A stretch of DNA of 64,000 nt from Octopus vulgaris (GCA_951406725.2 OX597823.1:16554001-16618000); one strand, 5' to 3'; counted from the stretch's first letter, positions 12,960 to 25,761 are shown. The notes: generated from the letters alone by a model not told the origin. Made by a program: numbers and translations.

Positions 12960-13428
12960 AAGGGAGCAAGCTGGCAGAAACATTAGTACGCCGGCTGAAA
13001 TGCTTAGCAGTATTTTGTCTGTCTTTACATTCCGAGTTCAAATTCCACTGAGGTCGACTTATCTTTCATCCTTTCAGGATCGATAAATTAAGTACCAGTT
13101 ACGCACTGGGGTCGATGTAATCGACTTAATCCCTTTGTCTGTCCTTGTTTGTCCCCGCTATGTTTAGCCCCTTGTGGGCAATAAAGAAATAAGAAACGCT
13201 AGCACGCCGGGTGAAATGCTTAGTGGTATTTCGTCTGTCTTTACATTCTGAGTTCAAATTCCGCCGAGGTCGATTTTGCCTTTCATCCTTTCAGGGTCGA
13301 TAAATTAAGTACTAGGGGTTGATAAATGGAGTACTAAGTCGATAAATTAAGTTACAGTACTGGGAGGTCGATCTAATCGACTGGTCCCCTCTCCCAAAAT
13401 TTCGGGCTTTGTGCCTAGAGTAGAAAAG
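12960..13428 (+). mobile_element. Two type A tRNA-derived SINEs in tandem or nested, inside one 18-bp TSD
   Basis: Two heads (AGAAACRYTAGYACGCCGG..GAGTTCAAATTCC) and two different tails. TSD TATACTTT(A/G)CTGATAAGG at 12942-12959 and 13429-13446. Confidence 0.85.
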
Positions 13429-13765
13429 TATACTTTGCTGATAAGGGCATAATATAACAAAAATCCAGTTATTTCCCATACTTCTCCCCTGCTAACAAAA
13501 CAAAATAATATTAGTGATCAGCTAATATTTTTTCCTTCACAACATAATTATTTCTGGTTAGTTTTTTTTTATTTTTATGATTCGTCCATTAAATATATTC
13601 TCACTAACTGAAATGCAAGCTATCTTTCTTTGTCTCTATCTTTCTTTGCCATAGAATTTGAGGGATTCAAAGTGATGGAGGAGGTAACAGTTAATAGCTG
13701 TTTACATATATATATATACACATACACACACCCACACACACATACACACACATATATATATGCAT

Positions 13766-13840
<75 letters not shown>

Positions 13841-13844
13841 TAAA

Positions 13845-13996
13845 TGGGCTTCTTTCAGTTTCCATCTACCAAATCCACCTACAAGACTTTGGTTAGCCCA
13901 TGGCAATAGTAGAAGACACTTGCCCAAGGTGGGACTGAACCTGGAATCATGTGGTTGGGAAGCAAGCTTCTTACCACACACCTACACCTGTGCCTA
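13845..13996 (-). mobile_element. Type C tRNA-derived SINE, 5' part
   Basis: Reverse complement of the head and body of 18465-18630. Confidence 0.8.
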
Positions 13997-14241
13997 TATA
14001 TATATTTCTTTCTAAAATGTTTCACAAAATTCATCATCATCATCATCATCATTTAACATTTATATTTGTTAATCCTTTACATTCAGAACATACACACCCA
14101 TGTAAAAAAAAAACAAAAAACATATTTCCAATATTTAGAGAGAAGTCCAGTGGCACAAATACTATGTCTAATCCCTTGCTCTGTCACACCTTATAAATAT
14201 GTGCGAGTTTATAAACAAACTTGTTCTCCATATTAATATAT

Positions 14242-14363
<122 letters not shown>

Positions 14364-15245
14364 AACACACACACATACACTTACACATTAATATACACAC
14401 ACATACATGATATCCTCAAACACATGCCACACACATATATGCAAATGCTGATGCAGCTATAGACATTTATGCACCAAATATTTGCACAAGTTCATACACA
14501 TGTGTATACACACATGCATACAAATGTATCCCTCCACACACATACATTTCCCACTGCAACATCATAAAATATTTATGACTATTTATATTCTTCCCAGCTT
14601 AGTCACTATGTTAGGCTACTCCCTCCCTACTACTGTGTCTAATGAAAACATTTAGTTTAACTAAATATGCTCATTAAGGGCGGAGAACAAATGGTATTAA
14701 CATTATCTCCTTTCTTCCATCTCTCCTTCTTCTTCTCTCTATTTCTTACAATTTGTCTACCTCTCATTTTATCACACACATGTCAGATGTTTGTTTTGTT
14801 CTATGCATAAACAAAGTCACTGAGTCACGTAAGTTTTAGCTGGCCCTGGTCATTGGAGTGCTAAACTAGCTGTCTTGAATGTGGGTTAACTCCAGAAATG
14901 GAAGAAATTGGTGATAAATCTGCATTGGTCATAATCAATCCAAATGAGAGTTTATAAAAGAATTTGTAAACTCAATTGTTAAAAGGTGAGAAAAATCTAA
15001 GGCTCCAGGCTCTTGGCCTTCATCTCTGAGAGAGGAATACCACAATCTAGAAAAATGTCTTAAATCATTTGAAAGTTCCTGACCTGTTACTAGAGTAACA
15101 TCAAGCCCTGTCCAAAGAGTGTGATGCAACAATTCACAGTAATTTAATTTACTATAATAATTCTATACTTGTTTTCATTTCAACTGAGAATATGTAAAAT
15201 TGTAAAATGTCTTCTTTATGCCATCTGAGAATGTAAACATTCATT

Positions 15246-15461
15246 TTCTGAGTTCAAATTCCGCCGAGGTCGACTTTGCCTTTCATCCTTTCAGGGTCGA
15301 TAAATTAAGTACTAGGGGTTGATAAATGGAGTACTAAGTCGATAAATTAAGTACAGTACTGGGAGGTCGTTCTAATCGACTGGTCCCCTCCCCCAAAATT
15401 TCAGGCCTTGTGCCTAGAATAGAAAAGTATACTTTGCTGATAAGGGCATAATATAACAAAA
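15246..15461 (+). repeat. Local copy of 13246-13462 (type A SINE 3' part plus its unique flank)
   Basis: Shares the private insertion ACTAGGGGTTGATAAATGGAGTACTAAGTCG and the flank TATACTTTGCTGATAAGGGCATAATATAACAAAA. Confidence 0.9.
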
Positions 15462-16568
15462 AAGAAAAAGGATAGAGCCCTTAATCTTTTTCAAAACCTC
15501 TAAGGCTGATGGGAGGAAAGCAATAATTCTTAGCCAGAAGATTTGGTCCAAATGCTTGCAACATATTTAACTCCACTGAACTCCAAGAACTACCTAATAA
15601 AGAAATTTCATGATCTAACTGTATCATAAACAAAATAAAAAAATCCAAATACACAAAGTAGAGATTTTTCATTACACTGGAAATAAAGCAACTTTGATAT
15701 TTATTTTTCCCTTGCAGTGTTTGTCAGCTTAAAGTTACAAAAGAACAGAACAATATTTTGACCTAGCTAACCATTAATCAGAATGATTCATGGTCTCCAG
15801 TGATTGTATGCTACCATTATCATCATTATTCATTTATATTCTATGCTGGCATAGGTTGAATGGGTAGTTATGATATAAGTCAGAGCTACTGCTCTCTTAG
15901 GTTGGTCAAAGGATCACATTATACATTTCAATGTTTGGCATAGCTTCAGTGTCTGGATGCCTTACCCTTACACCAACCACTTTACAGACTGTACTAGATA
16001 CATTTTATAATAGCAATGGTACTGGTGAAGTTCTCTTGTATCCTGCAAGATAAAAGAATACTCATAACTATGTTATCTTCATTTATTCAAGGTAACATGT
16101 CTAAGAGGGTAAAGAGAAGAGAAGAAGAGAAGTCTAGGGTGAGCTGGTGAGAGTATGAAGCGAGAAACATAGCTACTGGAATGAGAGGATCATAGAACAG
16201 GGGTTAATAGAAGAAAAGTAGTGATGGATAAACAGAGGCATTTTGTCATGACACCAGTACTAGAAGTTTTTATGTCCTTGCCAAAAGAAAGGGTCCTCCC
16301 AACTCACAGTTTCTGCTCACTTGTAAACCACTTTACAGAGTGTACTGGGGGCATTTCATTGTGGCGCCAGCAAGTTTGAAATTGCCTTGAACCTTATAAG
16401 AGTAAGGAGTCTGTACTACTTTAAGATGGGTTTGATCACTTGCAGCAACATAAACAAGAAGGATGTGTGTCTCTACCAATAACATCAATGTTGTTGAGAG
16501 ATCTTCATCCTCTATTTGATTGTGACATACGTATGCATCTGTCTGGCTGTTTGTCTATCTGTCTGTCC

Positions 16569-16795
16569 ACGAGCTGGCAGAATCGTTAGCACGCTGGGCG
16601 AAATGCTTATCGGTATTTCGTCTTCCGCTACGTTCTGAGTTCAAATTCCGCCGAGGTCGACTTTGCCTTTCCTTCTTTTCGGGGTCGATACATAAAGTAC
16701 CAGTTTCGCACTGGGGTCGATGTAATCGACTTATTCCCTTTGTCTATCCTTGTTTGTCCCCTCTATGTTTAGCCCCTTGTGGGTAGTAAAGAAAT
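16569..16795 (+). mobile_element. Type A tRNA-derived SINE
   Basis: CGAGCTGGCAGAATCGTTAGC head, B-box GAGTTCAAATTCC, body GACTTTGCCTTTC..GGGGTCGAT, tail GGGTAGTAAAGAAATA. Confidence 0.9.
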
Positions 16796-16862
16796 ATATC
16801 TGTCTGTCTGCCTGTCTATCTGTTTATCTGTCTACCTATCTATATATCATACAATCTGCCTT

Positions 16863-17048
16863 TCAGTCTTTTATTGCCAGCAGCAGTGGCAGTTTCCTGA
16901 ACTTTTCCCAACTTGTTCTTGTTCTAACAACTATACTTTCAAAGCAACCATCTCCCCTGCTAATTACATCTCCTAGATGACTAAAGTTATTGACTACTTC
17001 AAGTGAGCTGTCTGGACATTTATGAGAATCTATTTCCAGTGTGCTCAA
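16863..17048 (-). mobile_element. RTE-clade LINE fragment (end of RT domain)
   Basis: LEVVNNFSHLGDVISRGDGCFESIVVRTRTSWEKFRKLPLLL resembles the RTE motif (EVV.F.YLG..I....C......RI...W..FR.L). Confidence 0.7.
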
Positions 17049-17892
17049 AGTATGTACTCATCCAGTCCATCTGTCATATATGAAGCTTACTTTCTCAGGA
17101 ACATATAGAAGAGGAAGTCTAATAAAGACACAAAAAGAAATTGTGAAAGCAGATCCCAGGAGCCTGAATCTAAAAGTGGAGATGACAAAAAATGGTAACA
17201 AGTGACAAGATCCACCTTTCAAATATAAGCATGGAAAATGTACATAAAATGAAACCAAAATTAAGCACCGGATCTGAACATTTCACAACACTTGGGAAGC
17301 ATTTATATTTCACATCAGAATCCATTTTACAACTCAGAACACATCATTTCAATCTTTCAAGCTAACAAGGAATGAGGGAGCTCTTGTGTGGTTGCTCAGT
17401 CTGATAGCCGGTTGAGCAACAAACCAAATCTCTCTGAAATTATACCCTACCATTAAAAAAGAAAAAAACATATTAGACCATATAGTCCTAGGTACAATTT
17501 GTCTGAAAAAGACGAAGTAAGATGAAATGGTTATGATTGGAACATCATGATCCATAAGTCAGCTAAATCAGGGCTGAGCTGGGACTAAACAATAGTAATA
17601 AAAGGAAGGAGATATTGGATAATGTAGTCTGGAATACACTATGTCTGGAAACATAAAGTAGAAAGGTAATGGTGGGAATCTATTCAGCCACAAAGTTACT
17701 GATTCAGAACAACAACAAAAGGCAAAACACATCAGATAAGGTAGTCAAAGACACACTATGCCTGAAAAAAAGAGACATGCAGATGAAAGCTGGAACAGAT
17801 TGTAGTTCAACTTGACCAAGGGCTGAGATGTAACTAAACAACAACAACAAAAACTCGATCACAACTCTGAGTTTAGAAAACAGGAATATTAC

Positions 17893-17952
<60 letters not shown>

Positions 17953-18117
17953 TTGTTATCGCCATATTAATATGGCATTCTTATAGATATAAGAATAATC
18001 ACTGCCATGGTCAGCTCCATGAGGCCACCGCCATCAAGATAGCTATTGATACACGATCTGTATCCATTATAACCTTCGAACAAGGGAGGTCAGCCGCTTC
18101 ACACTGCCAGTCCGACA

Positions 18118-18159
18118 GCTACAGATGCGTTTCGGGGTATTGCCCCTTGTCAATGTAGC
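18118..18159 (-). ncRNA. Degenerate minimal type I hammerhead-like fold in a short element between (TA)n tracts
   Basis: Minus strand GCUACA-UUGACAA-GGGG(CAAUA)CCCC-GAAA-CGCA-UC-UGUAGC. Stems I and II are perfect, the core deviates from CUGANGA. Confidence 0.6.
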
Positions 18160-18331
18160 GCAGTCAGACCTGCAGGTGTCGCCACTGACGTCTCCGTTCG
18201 AAGGCTTATATTTACCTAGTTTCAGTGGAATACATCCACTTGTTTTCAATAATAGAAATATTAGAAATATTATATATTATAATATATTATATATATTTCT
18301 ATTATATATTATAATATATTATATATATTTC

Positions 18332-18399
<68 letters not shown>

Positions 18400-18400
18400 G

Positions 18401-18464
<64 letters not shown>

Positions 18465-18466
<2 letters not shown>

Positions 18467-18868
18467 CGCAGGAGTGGCTGTGTGGTAAGTAGCTTGCTAA
18501 CCAACCACATGGTTCCGGGTTCAGTCCCACTGCGTGGCATCTTGGGCAAGTGTCTTCTGCTATAGCCCCGGGCCGACCAATGCCTTGTGAGTGGATTTGG
18601 TAGACAGAAACTGAAAGAAGCCTGTCGTATATATGTATATATATATATATGTATGTGTGTGTGTTTTTGTGTGTCTGTGTTTATCCCCCTAGCAATGCTT
18701 GACAACTGATGCTGGTGTGTTTACATCCCCGTCACTTAGCGGTTCGGCAAAACGGACCGATAGAATAAGTACTGGGCTTACAAAGAATAAGTCCCGGGGT
18801 TGATTTGCTCGACTAAAGGCGGTGCTCCAGCATGGCCGCAGTCAAATGACTGAAACAAGTAAAAGAGT
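18465..18868 (+). mobile_element. Full-length type C tRNA-derived SINE with internal (TA)/(TG) microsatellite
   Basis: Head GGCGCAGGAGTGGCTGTGTGGTAAG..GGGTTCAGTCCC, body TTGGGCAAGTGTCTTCT, tail ending TGACTGAAACAAGTAAAAGAG. Confidence 0.9.
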
Positions 18869-19293
18869 ATATGTATATATATATATATGTACAAGAAATT
18901 CTTCCAGATAGTTGCTACTGCACTCACTCTTGTGTGGGGACCTTAACTGGTGGAACAGTTTTTATCTAGCTCTAGTTCAGACATAATTTGTCAGAACTGT
19001 TACCAAAAGTATTCCAACTATAACCATCTCATTTTTAACCCATGCCAGCATGGAAAGAGGACGTTGAATGATGATAATGATGATGATGATGATATGTAAG
19101 AGAATGAATGTATCTTTTCTTTTAAGACGGGACGGGGTGATTTCTGAAGGAGATTTGGTTGCTATTTCTAGCAAGTAATCTCATTGGTTTGCTCAAGAAG
19201 CAACCCCACTTGAATCCCCATACTTTTATCTTCCCTGGTTTTGTTTTGTGTTATTCCTTCTTTATCCATGCTTGCAAGGGGGAACCATCATAT

Positions 19294-19728
19294 AGGCACA
19301 GGAGTGGCTGTGTGGTAAGTAGCTTGCTTACCAACCACATGGTTCCGTGTTCATTCCCACTGCATGGCACCTTGGGTAAGTGTCTTCTACTATTGCCTCG
19401 GACTGACCAAAGCCTTGTGAGTGGATTTGGTAGACAGAAACTGAAAGAAGCCCATTGTATATTTGCCTTTAAAAACCTACTTTGCTCTTGTTATCGTAAA
19501 CATCCGCCTTTCACCATGTGCAACTCGTAAACACCAGTCGTTTTTTTCTCTATCCCTGTTGCCCACTCTGGGATCTTTCTTTCCTCTCTCTTCCTTCTTT
19601 ATGTTTCCGACGAAGAGCTCCGCTCGAAACGTCATACCTCCCTGCTTCCATTTCCTGAGCACCTATTAATAATAATACTGTAATTGTTCCATTGTTGTTG
19701 TTCTTTTGTTTCCCGTTTGGATTAAAAT

Positions 19729-19795
<67 letters not shown>

Positions 19796-19802
19796 GTGCG
19801 CG

Positions 19803-19848
<46 letters not shown>

Positions 19849-19922
19849 TATGTCTGTGTTTGTTACCCCAACATTGATTGACAACCGATGGTGGTGTGTT
19901 TGCATCCCTGTAACTTAGCAGT
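19294..19922 (+). mobile_element. Type C SINE split at its internal microsatellite by a pLTR-like insert (~19462-19728)
   Basis: Head and body at 19294-19460, tail resumes ~19850. The insert contains CCGACGAAGAGCTCCGCTCGAAACGTC. Confidence 0.75.
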
Positions 19923-20866
19923 TCACCACCACCACATATTTCGTACCGTTTCCTTGTTTAATGCTGTCTAAAATGTTTAAATTTTTGAACATTCTAAGAC
20001 ACATTCGATGATAGAAATATTTTGGAAGATTGTCAGGATAAATATTAGTTTCAAAAACAGTTTAAAGCATTTGTGAATGTAAATAACTTGTCATAGAATA
20101 AATGTACAAAATAAATTCAGTGTAATATTGGTGTCAAATTTTGGCACAAGGCCAGCAATTTCAGAAGGAGTTGGGCAAGTCAATTACATCAACCCCAGTT
20201 CTCAACTGGTACTTATTTTATGAACCCCAACAGGATGAAAGATGACCTCAGTAAAATTTGAATTCAGAATGAAAAGACAGATTGGATGCCTCTAAACATT
20301 TTGCCTAGTGTGCTAACATTCCTTCCAGCTCACCACCTTAAACTCAGCGTAATATTGCAAGGAAAATACGAGTATGGGAAATATGTAAAGAATGTAAGAT
20401 CAGTCTCTGATAAATAGCAAGAATTAATACAGCAAAAATTAGCACAAAATATTTATATTTATCAAATTCTTCGGGAACTTAGTTCAACAACGAGAGTCCT
20501 TCCCTAATGTCATTACACCATGTGTGTGTGTGTGTGTACATACATACACATGCATACATACACACACATACATACACACATATACGTGCACTCAAGCACG
20601 TAAGCACACGCATACGCATGCATGCACACATACACATGTACACACATAGGTGCAGCTGTAGCTGTGTGGTAAGAATTTTGCTTCTCAATCACATGGTTGC
20701 AGGTTCAGTCTCAATAAATAGCACCCAGTCCTGGACCGTGTACATGTATATATATGTATATATACATACACACACAGACACACACATATATGCATACATA
20801 TATAAATATATATAGTCACAGAAAAGGAGGAATTTCAATTATCCCCACGTGGTGAGTTGTAATATA

Positions 20867-21120
20867 TATAAGAAATTAAAGAAGGAAAATGCACACACTT
20901 TACATAGTTTTAATATAATCTTTAATATATTTTTCTATTTGTTAAATCATTCACTCGTAAATATCATCACAAACAATAAAGACAAAAAATCTCTTAAGAA
21001 AATACATATTCAAATAAGTAAATCTTAATATAATGAATAGCAAAAACGAAACCAGTCGATATATTAAAGATTATATTAAAACTGTAAAGTGTGTGCATTT
21101 TCCGTCTTTAATTTCTTATA
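20867..21120. repeat. Inverted repeat with ~62-bp arms, likely a Penelope pLTR inversion
   Basis: 20867-20930 is the reverse complement of 21059-21120 with few mismatches. Confidence 0.8.
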
Positions 21121-21265
21121 TTGACTGCCATGACACTGCATCCTTTAAGGCCCTCATGCTTTCCGAAATCCGTCGAAACTACACCTGATTATATATACAC
21201 TTTCGATGAGTTGTAGTGCACCTGAGCACTGTACACAATGTTTATTATTATTATTATTATTATTA
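21121..21265 (+). mobile_element. LINE 3' end (CR1/L2-like) with (ATT)n tail
   Basis: GTTGTAGTGCACCTGAGCACTGTACACAAT-(ATT)n. A homologous copy lies on the minus strand at 28797-28990. Confidence 0.6.
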
Positions 21266-21268
21266 TAT

Positions 21269-21407
<139 letters not shown>

Positions 21408-21519
21408 CAGATGAATATGGTACTTAAGTTGAGGCACCAGAATTTAGTACGGTATTATCCATACAATTTCAAAATAAAGTGATTAAAATCAAAATAAGCA
21501 AGAAGGATACCCAGAGGTA

Positions 21520-21607
21520 ATGTAGTACAATCGTTTCAAACAACTCCATTTAATTGAACAATGCAACCATTACATCAATTTAAATGCTGAGCAATCTTCA
21601 GCTGCAC
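21520..21607 (-). ncRNA. Minimal type I hammerhead ribozyme-like motif
   Basis: Minus strand GUGCAG-CUGAAGA-(long imperfect stem II)-GAAA-CGAUUG-UA-CUACAU. Confidence 0.65.
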
Positions 21608-22861
21608 AAAGATATAGAATTTAATTAATTTAGAACAGATGGTCACATTAGTATAATTTTACCTAAAATCTCCTAGAAGGTAAGGAGATAGACAAAGAAC
21701 ATGCTGCCTTCACTTCAGCTTAGAAGCTACTAAGATATCAGGAAGAAAGACTTGTTACAGATTTTGTTTGTCACTGTCTTATGGGGTCAGTTTTAATTTA
21801 TAGACTAGTTTTATCAAATCTTAGTATATCTAAGGCCCCAGAAAACAAGGAGCAGTGTCTGTTAGGAATAGGGCTGAGGGAGTCGACAGAAATCATAGTG
21901 GGTATAGTCATAAAAAAAGTATCAAGATTTATTAGAATATTATAAGAAAAGGATAAAAAGTTTTTTGAATGCTTTTGAGTATATACCAAACTTTTACCAC
22001 AATAGAGGGCAGAAAAGAAATTATCTAGAAATAGTTTAATATTTATCTATATTATATACTTAAATACTAACTTATCAGATGGTATCTGTGAATATTGATC
22101 AATTGGTATATACTGGTATTTAATAAAGGAGTATTAAGGTAAAAGAACATGCTAACTATATATTAATTAAATTATAATCTAAGTAGTTTATTTTAAGTAG
22201 TGAATATACCAGTATTGTTTTATATAAGCTAAGTATGAATTTATAGAGGTACAAAAATTAAATTAATTTTATAAATAAATAAAAGCTATTATGAAATAAT
22301 AAAAAAATAAAATGAACAGGTAGGGCAGAACACCATAGAAAAGGAATAAAATAGTTTAATCACTAAAAACATGATAAAGTATATATACCTTATTAACATC
22401 AATAGGGAAGATTTATAGAAAATGTATAATAATTCAAAGTTTACTAAGCTAAAAATTATATATTTACTTATTTAGCTACTATCAATAAAGACTGATACCA
22501 GGTATTAGCTAAAGGAATATTGATGTTGTAGGACATTCTAAATTTTAAACTAATTTTTAAAACTAAGGGTTATATTATAGGTTTTAGAAGTTATTATTGT
22601 TACTCCATATATGATATAGTTTCTTAGGGGTACTTAATTAGAAGGGTTACTTATATAAAGGCCCTTATAAATACTAAGATCAGGAGGGTAGAGCACTTTA
22701 AGAAAGGGGATAAATCGAGTAATTTCTAAAGATCATTTCAAGCAATATTGCCAAGTTGTATAAAGTTAAAATTTAGGGTAGTCAAGAAGATTATTAAGAA
22801 TGATATTATAACAAAAGGATAAAACTTCTTTGAATATTTTAAAGTATATACCAAATTTTAC

Positions 22862-23341
22862 CCATAACCATAACCCATAACCCGTGACCTTCTACATGGG
22901 ATGGAGCCAGCCTACGTATGCATACCTTCCCTTCTTGGGACACAAAACTCTATTTGTGAAGACCTGTTGAGGCAAGTGAGGATCAGAATTGAAATCGATC
23001 AATGGAAATTGCAGCTGAGTTACCAGTGCCGGTGGCACGTAAGAGAACCATCTGTTCGTGACTGTTGCCAGTGCCGCCCCGACAGGCCTCGTGCCGGTGG
23101 CACGTAAAAGCACCATCCGTTCATGGCCGTTTGCCAGCTCCATCTGGCACCTGTGCGGGTGGCATGTAAAAAGCACCCACTACACTCACGGAGTGGTTGG
23201 AGTTAGGAAAGGCATCCAGCCGTAGAAACACTGCCAGATCAGACTGGGCCTGATGCAGCCTTCTGGCTTCACAGACCTCAGTTGAACTGTCCAACCCATG
23301 CTAGCATGGAAAGTGGACGCTAAATGATGATGATGATGATG
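22862..23341 (+). mobile_element. RTE-tailed non-autonomous element, longest copy
   Basis: 3' ~240 bp matches 5985-6236. Interrupts the tandem-repeat unit. Confidence 0.8.
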
Positions 23342-23726
23342 AGAGAGCAGAAAAGAAAATTACATAGAAATAGTTTAATATTCATACTTATTATTATCTA
23401 AATATTAACTTATTATTTGGTTTCTATGGAGATTGATCAACTGGATTTTACTGGTACTTAATAAAGGTACACTGAGGCTAAAGAAGTTAACTATAAACTA
23501 ATTTAATTAAATTGAATTATTTTAAGTTGTGGAAATACCGGTATTGTCTTATATGAGCTAAGTATGAATTAACAGGGGTACAAAAATTAGATTTATCAAA
23601 GGCTATTATAAAGTAATAAAATGATCAGGTAGGGTAGAGCACCATAGAAAAAGAATACAGATAACCTAATCACTAAAACCATAATAAAATACCTTATTAA
23701 CTTCAATAGAGAAAATTTATAGAAAA

Positions 23727-24156
23727 TCTTTATATATAAAAGTGAAGTTGTGTGCTGTCTGTCTCCTACGATTTAGATTCCTAACTACTCCCACATTTTG
23801 CGGTGCAGTTTAACCAAAACCGGGTATCTTATAGTCGTGATTCATATCGAGCCCTTCTGGGTATTAGCGCGCGTCTACGATGAGTCTACGATGAGTCTAC
23901 GATGAGTCTACGATGAGTCTACGATTTGAAAAAAAATTTGCCATCAATTTTTCTCATTTTTAATGCATTTTTGGCATATATAAGGGAAGTAACTCTCTAA
24001 AAATTTATTATTAAATCTCAGAACGTAAAAAGCTACAGTAACACCCCCCCCTTTGTGGCTAGCCATATTGAGATGGCTATTATACTTTACATCTCTAAAA
24101 ATGCTTATATAGTTATTTCCCTTACAAACCCAAGCAACGCCGGGCGATACTGCTAG
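23727..24156 (+). mobile_element. Non-autonomous Helitron, same family as 9825-10213
   Basis: A^TC..hairpin..CTAG^T with internal (TCTACGATGAG)x4. Removing it restores TTTATAGAAAATGTATAATAATT as in the sister repeat unit near 22412. Confidence 0.9.
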
Positions 24157-25761
24157 TGTATAATAATTTAAATATTATGAACCAAAAGTTGTTTATTAAC
24201 TTATTTAGCTTATTTCAATCAAGACTGATACCCGGAATTAGTTAAAAGAATATTGATGTTAAAAGGACATGCTAATTATATACTAATTTTAAATTAAAAG
24301 GTATAATATGGGTTTTAAAAGTTATTAGTGTTAATCCGTACATGATATTACAGTTTCTTAGGGGTACTTAATTAGAAGGGCTACTTGTATAAATGCCAAT
24401 ATAAATACTAAGATCAGGAGGATGGAACACTTTAAGAAAGGGATAAATAAAGTAATTACTTAAACTATTTTAAATAATATAGCCATATTGTATAAAGTTA
24501 AAATAGGCGAAAGAACAAATTTACAATAAATTAATTAAATTATAATCTAAGCAGTTTAATTTTAAGTTGTGAAGATATCCATATTGTTTTATATAAGCTA
24601 AGTATGAATTTATAGGGGTACAAAAATTTAGGTTTATCTAAAGGCAATTATAAAGTGTTAAAAATATCAAAATGATCAGGTAGGGTATAACACCATAGAA
24701 AAGGATATAAAATAGGTTAATCACTAAAAACCATGATGAAGTATATATACAACTTAGTAAAATCAATAGAGAAGATTTATAGAAAATATATGATAATTCA
24801 AGTATTTAAAACTAAAAATTGTTTATTTACTTATTTAGCTTATATCTATAATGACTGATACCCTGTATTAATTAAAGGAATATTGATGTTGTAGGATATG
24901 TTAACTATACACTGAACTTAAACTTAGATCAATATCTTGAACAAGATCAATAAAGTGCTACTTTCTAAAATATTTAAAGGTATGGGTGACACTATATACA
25001 CATGATATCCTAAGATCTAATCAATTATTAATAAGGTTGCCTTGATTTTTATGCTTAAAAATTTCATATGTTTCCATAGAGCACAGCTCACACCCATATC
25101 TGCTAATTCTTTTCTTATTATGTGCTTTTCTTATTATTTCCCATTTGAGGCTAAACCCAATTCCACTTGCCTTCAATTCTCAATCTTACTGGATAATGAC
25201 GTACACTTTGCCTTATGTTTAAGTTTAAAGGACAACATGTGGTTGTATAGACGCTGTTTCAAATTAATCAAACAACCAAAGTATATAAAATTATTAGTTA
25301 TAGTTATTATTGTACATTTATATATTACATTCTGGGTAAGTCATTGGCCTAATAATGGACAGCAGGATTTAACTCTACAATTGCAGCTATGGGAATTATT
25401 ATTATTATTAGTAGTATTATTATTAATATTTCTATTATCAAGTATGTTATGTTCACGTCTGTTATTTTCTAACACCACTTCAATCGTAGTTTCATTTAAA
25501 ACTGCCTCAGCATCAGCAGGCTTACTAATAGTTTTCATGCCCGTATATGCACTGGAACTACAATCTATAATGTTTATATTAGAAGTGCTACCACTATTAC
25601 TTCTATTCACCACATCATCATCATCATTCCCATTTTGGGGGTTTACATTATAGTTGACAGTACTATTATTAATATTAATATTATTATTATTATCATTATT
25701 ATTGTTATTGTTATTATCATTAATATTATTATTATTGTTATTATTATTATTATTATTATTC

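Larger units (their letters stand above)
21945..24925. repeat. AT-rich diverged tandem repeat, unit ~0.8-0.87 kb, ~2.5 copies, two nested insertions
   Basis: Landmark GCTAAGTATGAATT recurs near 22228, 23557, 24597. CACCATAGAAAA recurs near 22331, 23640, 24691. Confidence 0.85.
21415..25620 (-). mobile_element. Penelope-like element remnant: GIY-YIG endonuclease (~25000-25400), long AT-rich tandemly repeated 3' region, terminal pLTR with hammerhead
   Basis: Minus translation CNCRVKSCCPLLGQ*LTQNVIYKCTI..YFGC..LKQRLYNHMLSFK..TSLSSKI. pLTR 21415-21607 is homologous to 34513-34715. That all parts form one element is inferred. Confidence 0.7.

Noticed and set aside
14860-15135. Possible old LINE endonuclease remnant on the minus strand (similarly an L1-like trace at 41950-43000)
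   Set aside because: Too degenerate to support by eye. It needs a profile search.
25042-25653. 203-aa hydrophobic ORF resembling a membrane protein
   Set aside because: It is the antisense of the Penelope GIY-YIG region and its Asn-rich linker.
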